DNA of 64,000 nt from Vulcanimicrobiota bacterium (lineage in GTDB: Bacteria; Vulcanimicrobiota; Vulcanimicrobiia; Eremiobacterales; Eremiobacteraceae). The notes beneath the pieces are model-generated. The model was given only the letters and a program-made list of their open reading frames with translations. It searched no databases and had not been told where the DNA came from. The DNA lies in NCBI GenBank assembly GCA_963812135.1, contig CAWETU010000001.1, positions 960,001 to 1,024,000 on the forward strand, read 5' to 3'. The position numbers and the translations under genes were made by a program. Numbering within the stretch: position 1 is the stretch's first letter; the number at the start of each line of letters is the position of its first letter. This document shows positions 57,680 through 64,000 of this stretch, piece after piece.

Positions 57680-58372
57680 CTAGAGCAGGGTCACGTGCCC
57701 ATCGGCGAGGCTGTAATAGGCGCCGACGATGCGCATCGCGTGCGGCGCGGCGGCGTCGGCCACGATCGTCGACTCGGCGCGCAATTGTTTGGCGACATGC
57801 GCGACGTTGGCCCGGACGGCTTGGTCGAGGGTGCCGCCATGCTGTGCGAGATCTTTGACCGCCGGCGCGATCGCGTCGGTGAGCGTGCCTATCTGGCCGG
57901 GCGGCCGAGCGCCGCTCTTGAGCACTTCGAGCGTGGCTTCAACGGCGCCGCAACCTTGGTGGCCAAGCACCATCAACACCGGCGAGTGGAAATGGCTGAT
58001 CGCGTATTCGATGCTGCCGATGCCGGCCGGTTCAGCGATGTTGCCCGCGACGCGGATCATGAACAGATCGCCGACGCGCTGGTCGAACACCATCTCCGCC
58101 GGTACGCGCGAGTCGGAGCAGCTCAAGATGATCGCGAACGGCATCTGCCCCGTCGCCGTCTCGATACGCCGGTCGTAATTGCGGGCGCAATTGACGCCGG
58201 TGTCGGTGACGTAGCGGTGGTTGCCCTCCAGCAGACGTTGCATGGCCGCGTCGGCGGTAGGCTGCTTGCCGGGTGGAGGCTCGGCTGCGCCTGCGGGTTC
58301 GCCGGACGCGCCGACAGCCAGCGCGGCGCCTGCCGCCAATAAGAACTGCGCTCGATTCGACGTGTTGCTCAT
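57680..58372 (-). CDS. Beta-class carbonic anhydrase with Tat-like signal
   Basis: LSCSDSRV, RVAGN, LGHQGCGAV; ATG 58372. Confidence 0.93.
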   Translation of the reverse strand: MSNTSNRAQFLLAAGAALAVGASGEPAGAAEPPPGKQPTADAAMQRLLEGNHRYVTDTGVNCARNYDRRIETATGQMPFAIILSCSDSRVPAEMVFDQRVGDLFMIRVAGNIAEPAGIGSIEYAISHFHSPVLMVLGHQGCGAVEATLEVLKSGARPPGQIGTLTDAIAPAVKDLAQHGGTLDQAVRANVAHVAKQLRAESTIVADAAAPHAMRIVGAYYSLADGHVTLL

Positions 58373-58391
58373 GGCTGGTTCCTTCGCAGGC

Positions 58392-58423
58392 AAAAGAAAA
58401 GGCGCCTCCGCGGAGGCGCCTTT
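58392..58423 (-). terminator. Intrinsic terminator
   Basis: GGCGCCTCC/GGAGGCGCC stem followed on minus by TTTTCTTTT. Confidence 0.85.
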
Positions 58424-58443
58424 CGTCGTAGAGCGTGGGCCCT

Positions 58444-59892
58444 TTAGAACTTGAGGCCCAAGCCGAGATACGGACCCGAGTGCGTGTGGTTGAACGACGT
58501 CGGCGGGGTCGGTGGGCACGTGCCCCCTGGTCCGATGCCCGCGCACGAGTCGACCGTCACCGAGTTGCCGTGTTGCGTGTCTCCGCCGAATCCGCCGTAG
58601 ATGTAGAACGGCGACTCGCCGAACGTGTAGCTCAGCCCGACGTCGTACTTGATGACGTTGTACTGCAGACGATACACGTTGTCGAAGTTCGGGCTCATCG
58701 GATCAGTCACTTGATATTTTCCGGTTTGCGACGGGAAGTCGAACACCGAACCATACCATGTGAACTGTTGATCTAGTTTCGGCAGGACCTCGAGGCCGCC
58801 ACCCCAGCCACGCAACGCCGGGAATCCGGTCGTAGACGTGTTCTGTGAGTAGGCCCCCGCGATGTACATGTTTGCCGGCTTCCAGATCTTGTACTCGGCG
58901 CGAGCGTCGATGTTCGCATCGCGCGCTCTGAACGGGCTGACGAAGCACATTCCGCCATCGATCGTGTTGAATATCGTGGCTGGCGAACCGGCAGGCGACG
59001 CGCCCGGCGTGGATTGCAGGGACGGCGTGCAGATCGGTTGCCCGGTGACCGATTGCGGCACGACGCCGTTCACGGTCGTATTGTACGTGTCTTGGCGCCA
59101 GTCGACTTTGAACGCAAAGTCGCCGGCATAGTACGCGCCTGCGGCGACGTACGAGGAGCCGACGGTCTTCTCGCCGGCGGCATACTCGTTGTACACCTTA
59201 CCGTCCGTCAGACCAGCCTGGATGAAGCCGCGATGCACGATCGGCTTCGGCGTCGGCGTCGGCGTCGGCGCTAGCGTCGGCGGCGCGGTCGGAACCGGCG
59301 TCGGCGGCGCGGTCGGAACCGGCGTCGGCGGGATGTAGCGCACGACGGTTATCCGTCGATCGCCCACCCACTGGACGTAGGCACCAAGCGCTTCAGACAT
59401 GACGCGCACCGGCACGACGAGCACGCCCTTGTAGATCTCGGGCGGTACGTCGAGCGGACGCGACTCACCGTTGATGACCGCTTCGCTCTTGCCAAGCGTC
59501 ACCTGCACGGATGCGCCCGTCTTTTGCGCGGTCACGGTCTTGCTCGCGTTATCGTATGTGACCGTCGCGCCCATCTGCTCGAACATGCTGCGCAACGGCA
59601 CGAGGATGACGCCGTTCTTCACGATCGCTGCAAGCGTTCGATTCTGCTTCAAGCGGCTCGGATTGGCGTACACGTGGTGATCGTTGTAGAGGATCGGAAT
59701 CTCGCCGCTCGGCGGCGAGCCGAAGTCCATTGCCGCGATCTGCATGCCGGACGTTGCCATTGTTGCCGTTCCGGACGCGATCGTCGCATTGACCGCGGCA
59801 ACGTTGACAGCCGTTCCGTCAGCGAAGCTGGGTGCGATCCCCGCGGCGACGAAAAGAGCCGCTGCGAAGGCCGCGACGTGGAGTTTTCTCAA
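58444..59892 (-). CDS. Copper amine oxidase N-terminal-like domain + Pro/Thr linker + predicted outer-membrane beta-barrel (copy 3)
   Basis: AGGAGG then TTG 59892; LVPLR..FE.MGATV and VPVRVMSEALGA.V.W; alternating beta pattern ending GLGLKF. Confidence 0.85.
   Translation of the reverse strand: MRKLHVAAFAAALFVAAGIAPSFADGTAVNVAAVNATIASGTATMATSGMQIAAMDFGSPPSGEIPILYNDHHVYANPSRLKQNRTLAAIVKNGVILVPLRSMFEQMGATVTYDNASKTVTAQKTGASVQVTLGKSEAVINGESRPLDVPPEIYKGVLVVPVRVMSEALGAYVQWVGDRRITVVRYIPPTPVPTAPPTPVPTAPPTLAPTPTPTPKPIVHRGFIQAGLTDGKVYNEYAAGEKTVGSSYVAAGAYYAGDFAFKVDWRQDTYNTTVNGVVPQSVTGQPICTPSLQSTPGASPAGSPATIFNTIDGGMCFVSPFRARDANIDARAEYKIWKPANMYIAGAYSQNTSTTGFPALRGWGGGLEVLPKLDQQFTWYGSVFDFPSQTGKYQVTDPMSPNFDNVYRLQYNVIKYDVGLSYTFGESPFYIYGGFGGDTQHGNSVTVDSCAGIGPGGTCPPTPPTSFNHTHSGPYLGLGLKF
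59279..59326. repeat. Exact 24-nt tandem duplication in the Pro/Thr linker
   Basis: GGCGGCGCGGTCGGAACCGGCGTC twice. Confidence 0.8.
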
Positions 59893-60151
59893 CCTGTTAC
59901 CCTCCTGGCGCGAAGTAAATAAAACCTTAGAACACAATTTCAGTTTGCCCGCGAGTGACGATCGACCCGGCTTGCGCCGCACTTAGCCCGTGAGCAGGAG
60001 ACGGAATCGGGTCGCGTCCCCAAAAAAGCAACCCTCAACGATACGGAAGCTCGCTAGAAGGCCGCATCTAAGGGCTTTTCCCTTGCGGAACGGCAAGCCC
60101 TCCCGCAGGGCGGGTTTCCATCTCATAGGTCTGCCAGATGCGGGACAGGGG

Positions 60152-60189
60152 AAATAGGTGGGGTCTTAAACGCGACCCCACCTATTTTT
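60152..60189. terminator. Long terminator-like hairpin
   Basis: AAATAGGTGGGGTC-N8-GACCCCACCTATTT(TT). Confidence 0.75.
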
Positions 60190-60208
60190 GTCAGCCGATG
60201 CGTCAGCG

Positions 60209-61546
60209 CTAGAACCGGAATCCAAGTCCGACGTACGGACCGGAGTGGGTCTGGTTGATCGGCGCCGCGTTTTGCGCGACGTAGACGTCGCCATCCCAAC
60301 CCGCGTACAGATAGACCGGGAAGCTCTTGCTGAACACGTAGTCCAAGCCGACGTCGTAGGACTGCAGATGGTACTGCTGTCTGTATTGCACGTTGAAGTT
60401 CGGACTGTTCGGATCGTTGACGGTGTAGTTGGCCGCCATGTTCGGATAGTAGAAATACGATCCGTGCACCGTGAACGTGTTGTTCAGGTCCGGCAGCTTC
60501 TCCAAGCCGAAGCCGAAGCCGTTGAGCTTGGGATAGCCGTAGTTGGTGGATCCGCCTGCGTACGCCGCGCCGATGTAGATGTGCGGGTTGGCGATCTTGT
60601 ACTCAAGCCGACCTTCAGCCAGCGTTTGGCGCGCGTTGAATGGCGGCACGTAGCACTGGCCACCATCGATCGTGTTGAAGAACGTCGCCGGCGTGCCTGG
60701 CGTCGACGGATTCGGCGAGAGCGACGGATTGCAGACGATCGGGCTCGCCGGAATCACGCCGTTGGTCGTGGTGGTGTACTGGTCACTGCGCAGCGACAGT
60801 TTGACCGCGAACGGGTCGAACAGCAGCGCGCCGGAGTATTGGTAGCTGCCCGTCGACGTCTGCTGGGCCGCGAACTCGTTGGAGATGCGGTGGAAGACGT
60901 ACGCGCCCTGCACAAAGCCGAGGTAGTTCGGCGCGGCCGGGGCCGGCGTCGGCGTCGCGGTCGGCGCGGGCGTCGGGACCGGTGTTGGCGGAGCGGTCGG
61001 CGGCGGCGTCGGCACCGGCGTCGGCGGGATATAGCGCACGACGGTGATACGACGATCCGGCACCCACTGGACGTATGCGCCGAGCGCTTCGGACATGACG
61101 CGCACCGGCACCACGATCGCGCCCTTGTACATCATCGGGGGCACGTCGAGCGGCCGCGATTCGCCGTTGATGACGGCTTCTGATTTGCCGAGCGTCACTT
61201 GGACCGACGCGCCATCTTTCTTGGCGGTCGCGGTCTGACTGCCGGCATCCCACGAGACCGTGGCGCCCATCGCTTCGAACATGCTGCGCAGCGGCACGAG
61301 GATGACCCCGTTCTTCACCAACGCCGCGAGCGTCCGGTTCTGCCGGAGCGTGCTCGGGTTCGCATAAACGTGGTGATCGTTGTAAAGAATCGGGATCTCG
61401 CCCGACGGCGGCGAGCCGAAGTTCATCGCCGCGTCCGCGATCGTGATGCCGGTGGCCGGGCCGTTCAGCCCATCAGCGAAGCTTGGCGCGATTCCCGCTG
61501 CGACGAACACGGCCGTCGCCAGAATCGTAGAAAGATGCCTATTCAA
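60209..61546 (-). CDS. Copper amine oxidase N-terminal-like domain + Pro/Thr linker + predicted beta-barrel (copy 2)
   Basis: Same architecture; ends GLGFRF; AGGAGG RBS. Confidence 0.87.
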   Translation of the reverse strand: MNRHLSTILATAVFVAAGIAPSFADGLNGPATGITIADAAMNFGSPPSGEIPILYNDHHVYANPSTLRQNRTLAALVKNGVILVPLRSMFEAMGATVSWDAGSQTATAKKDGASVQVTLGKSEAVINGESRPLDVPPMMYKGAIVVPVRVMSEALGAYVQWVPDRRITVVRYIPPTPVPTPPPTAPPTPVPTPAPTATPTPAPAAPNYLGFVQGAYVFHRISNEFAAQQTSTGSYQYSGALLFDPFAVKLSLRSDQYTTTTNGVIPASPIVCNPSLSPNPSTPGTPATFFNTIDGGQCYVPPFNARQTLAEGRLEYKIANPHIYIGAAYAGGSTNYGYPKLNGFGFGLEKLPDLNNTFTVHGSYFYYPNMAANYTVNDPNSPNFNVQYRQQYHLQSYDVGLDYVFSKSFPVYLYAGWDGDVYVAQNAAPINQTHSGPYVGLGFRF

Positions 61547-61622
61547 TCCATTACCCTCCTGGCGCCCTCGACGCCCAACTCGTCCTCTTCTTATCCCCAG
61601 AACGCCGGGACATCAAAACACG

Positions 61623-61649
61623 AAGGCGGCGCGTAGAACGCGCCGCCTT
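61623..61649 (-). terminator. Hairpin after copy 1
   Basis: AAGGCGGCGCGT-AGA-ACGCGCCGCCTT; weak U tail. Confidence 0.65.
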
Positions 61650-61677
61650 GGGGCTTTGTCGGGGGTGCTTGGTCAGC

Positions 61678-63027
61678 CTAGAACTTGAACCCGAGGCCGA
61701 CGTACGGACCGGAGTGGGTCTGGTTGATCGGCGCCGCGTTTTGCGCGACGTAGACATCGCCATCCCAACCAGCGTACAGATAGACCGGGAACTTCTTGCT
61801 GAACACGTAGTCCAAGCCGACATCGTAGGACTGCAGATGGTACTGCTGTCTGTATTGCACGTTGAAGTTCGGGCTGTTCGGATCGTTGACCGTGTAGTTC
61901 GCGGCCATGTTCGGATAGTAGAAGTACGATCCGTGCACCGTGAAGGTGTTGTCGAGATCCGGCAGCTTCTCCAAGCCGAAGCCGAAGCCGTTGAGCTTGG
62001 GATAGCCGTAGTTGGTGGATCCGCCTGCGTACGCCACGCCGACGTAGACGCGCGGGTTGAAGATCTTGTATTCAAGCCGACCTTCAGCCAGCGTTTGGCG
62101 CGCGTTGAATGGCGGCACGTAGCACTGGCCACCATCGATCGTGTTGAAGAACGTCGCCGGTGTGCCTGGCGTCGACGGATTCGGCGAGAGCGACGGGTTG
62201 CAGACGATCGGGCTCGCCGGGATCACGCCATTGGTCGTCGTCGTGTACTGGTCGCTGCGCAGCGACAGTTTGATCGCGAACGGATCGAACAGCAGCGCTC
62301 CGCCGTACTGGTAGCTGCCCGTAGACGTCTGCTGGGCCGCGAACTCGTTGGAGATGCGGTGGAAGACGTACGCGCCTTGCACGAAGCCGAGATAGCTTGG
62401 CGCGGCCGGAGCCGGCGTCGGCGTCGCGGTCGGTGCGGGCGTCGGGACTGGTGTCGGTGGCGCGGTCGGCGGCGGCGTCGGCACCGGCGTCGGCGGGATA
62501 TAACGCACGACGGTGATACGACGATCGGGCACCCACTGGACATATGCGCCGAGCGCTTCAGACATGACGCGCACCGGAACGACGAGCGAGCCCTTGTACA
62601 TCTCAGGCGGCACATCGAGCGGACGCGATTCGCCGTTGATGACGGCTTCGGTCTTGCCGAGCGTCACTTGGACCGACGCGCCGTCTTTCTTCGCTGTCGC
62701 GGTCTTGCTGGCCGCGTCGTACGATACCGTGGCGCCCATGGCTTCGAACATGCTGCGCAGCGGTACGAGGATCACGCCATTCTTCACCAACGCGGCGAGC
62801 GTGCGGTTCTGCTTCAGCTCGCTCGGGTTCGCGTAGACGTGGTGGTCATTATAAAGGATGGGAATTTCGCCGGATGGCGGCGAGCCGAAGTTCATCCCCA
62901 TCGCATCGGCCACCACCTGCGGGGCCACGACCGTGTCGTTGCCTTGGGCCAGGGTGGGCGAGGCCACGGCGAGCAGGCCGACGAGAGTCAGCGCCGCTAC
63001 CGCGAGACATGTGTAAACCTTCTTCAA
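61678..63027 (-). CDS. Copper amine oxidase N-terminal-like domain + Pro/Thr linker + predicted beta-barrel (copy 1)
   Basis: AGGAGG then TTG 63027; ends GLGFKF. Confidence 0.87.
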   Translation of the reverse strand: MKKVYTCLAVAALTLVGLLAVASPTLAQGNDTVVAPQVVADAMGMNFGSPPSGEIPILYNDHHVYANPSELKQNRTLAALVKNGVILVPLRSMFEAMGATVSYDAASKTATAKKDGASVQVTLGKTEAVINGESRPLDVPPEMYKGSLVVPVRVMSEALGAYVQWVPDRRITVVRYIPPTPVPTPPPTAPPTPVPTPAPTATPTPAPAAPSYLGFVQGAYVFHRISNEFAAQQTSTGSYQYGGALLFDPFAIKLSLRSDQYTTTTNGVIPASPIVCNPSLSPNPSTPGTPATFFNTIDGGQCYVPPFNARQTLAEGRLEYKIFNPRVYVGVAYAGGSTNYGYPKLNGFGFGLEKLPDLDNTFTVHGSYFYYPNMAANYTVNDPNSPNFNVQYRQQYHLQSYDVGLDYVFSKKFPVYLYAGWDGDVYVAQNAAPINQTHSGPYVGLGFKF

Positions 63028-63266
63028 GTCTTGTCCTCCTAGTGATGTGTCCACGATGGTCGGGGCCGTCGGGAAAGGGTGACGCTTGATCGTGCGGACC
63101 CGGACCCCCCATGCCTCATCCGCGTTCCCCCAGCCATTCCTCCTTTCCCGCCGTCAGTGCATCGTGTGTCGCTATGAAACGTATCTTTAATGCTTTTCAT
63201 GCTAGTAATACTTGCGTTCTGCGCTGAGGCGGACAGCCCGCACCGCAAAGCGAAACGCGTCCCACT

Positions 63267-64000
63267 ATGCCCGAAGTAACCGTGCGCGTCACATTGTTGG
63301 AGAAATCCCCGTCACCGACCGCCATGACCGCGACCGCCGCGCGCACGTGCTATTCCGCCAACGCGCCCGAAGCGATCGTCGAGCGCTGGCGCACCAAGCC
63401 CGACGACATGCGCAAGACCGTCGACCGCGTGCGGGCTGCCGGCCATCATTCGACGCTCGAGCACAACATCTACATCTTCGGCGTCACAGGTCTGTCTCGC
63501 GCCGCGACGCATCAGCTCGTGCGCCATCGCCATTTGCAGTTCGATCAGCAAAGCCAGCGCTATCTCGCGTTCAAGAACGCCGAGTTCCCGTTCGTCAAGC
63601 CGAAGAAGATCGCGTCGCTACCGGAAGTCTCCGAGCGCTTCGATCAACTGATGGCCGATGTGGGAAAGGCGTATCAAGCGTTGCTCGACGCCGGCATCCC
63701 GGGTGAAGACGCGCGCTTCGTGCTCCCGAACGCGACCGCGAGCCAGCTCGTCGTGTCGGGCAACGCGCGCGCATGGTACGAATTTTTGACGTTGCGCACG
63801 TGCAATATGGCGCAATGGGAGATCCGCGAGATGTCATTTCAGGTGTTGCGGATCTTGAAGCGCGAGGATCCCGATCTGTTCAAGGACGCCGGTGCGACAT
63901 GCGTGCGCGGATATTGCCACGAACCCGACGGCCCGAACTGTCCACGCTACGTCGCCGTGGCGAAGGCGCAGATAAAGGAAGCGGAAGCAGCCGGCCGGTG
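63267..64000 (+). CDS. thyX: Flavin-dependent thymidylate synthase (3'-truncated by window; absent from the ORF track)
   Basis: My translation from ATG 63267: AARTCY, GHHSTLEH, SRAATHQLVRHR...QQSQRY, EDARFVLPNA, AQWEIR. Confidence 0.93.
   Translation, partial: MPEVTVRVTLLEKSPSPTAMTATAARTCYSANAPEAIVERWRTKPDDMRKTVDRVRAAGHHSTLEHNIYIFGVTGLSRAATHQLVRHRHLQFDQQSQRYLAFKNAEFPFVKPKKIASLPEVSERFDQLMADVGKAYQALLDAGIPGEDARFVLPNATASQLVVSGNARAWYEFLTLRTCNMAQWEIREMSFQVLRILKREDPDLFKDAGATCVRGYCHEPDGPNCPRYVAVAKAQIKEAEAAGR

Noticed and set aside
59950..60150. c-di-GMP-I riboswitch, hammerhead or 6S RNA identity for the structured element
   Set aside because: Core motifs (GGCAAAC...GACGCAAAGC; CTGATGA...GAAA) are not properly matched and there is no 6S-typical context; kept only as an unassigned candidate
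58444..63027. Calling the three paralogs copper amine oxidases
   Set aside because: Only the N-terminal accessory domain is present; no catalytic domain with the NY(D/E)Y TPQ motif and His ligands
1..64000. Many long overlapping or antisense ORFs in the track (e.g. 4286-5365-, 24564-25982+, 28350-30149+, 49960-51405-, 61648-63042+)
   Set aside because: Shadow frames of GC-rich genes; they lack motifs and overlap clearly identified CDSs
1..64000. tRNA, rRNA, prophage or IS elements
   Set aside because: No cloverleaf/T-loop signatures, rRNA motifs, phage structural genes, integrases or transposases recognised

Overview
Gene-dense, GC-rich bacterial chromosomal window with about 68 protein-coding genes. 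I saw no rRNA, tRNA, CRISPR array or transposase. The gene content suggests a diderm Terrabacteria-type organism, most plausibly Vulcanimicrobiota/Eremiobacterota (inference, not checked). Recognisable housekeeping loci: nth-mutY, 2-oxoacid:ferredoxin oxidoreductase alpha/beta, glcDEF-like, moaDE, sod, fabI, iscX, class I aldolase, thiGHSE, beta-carbonic anhydrase and thyX. Notable points: (1) a GTAG-type palindromic REP family with compensatory substitutions that is translated in frame inside mutY and a rubrerythrin-VIT1 gene, always as GR(I/V/M)NSTA, plus a second REP-like family; (2) a recurring AGG-N18-GAA (sigma-H-like) promoter motif before at least seven unrelated genes; (3) three tandem paralogs combining a copper-amine-oxidase N-terminal-like domain, a Pro/Thr stalk and a predicted beta-barrel (candidate outer-membrane tether), with structured leaders; (4) a short BoxB-like di-iron aromatic-CoA oxygenase cluster next to a divergent PaaX; (5) a Zn-finger, putatively membrane-anchored Clp ATPase; (6) a fluoride riboswitch on a CPA2 antiporter; (7) a wHTH plus nucleotidyltransferase toxin-antitoxin-like islet. 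Indels cluster at about 7050-10080, 20295 and 21155 and look more like sequencing/assembly errors than decay. All protein calls come from motif recognition by eye; no database searches were run.
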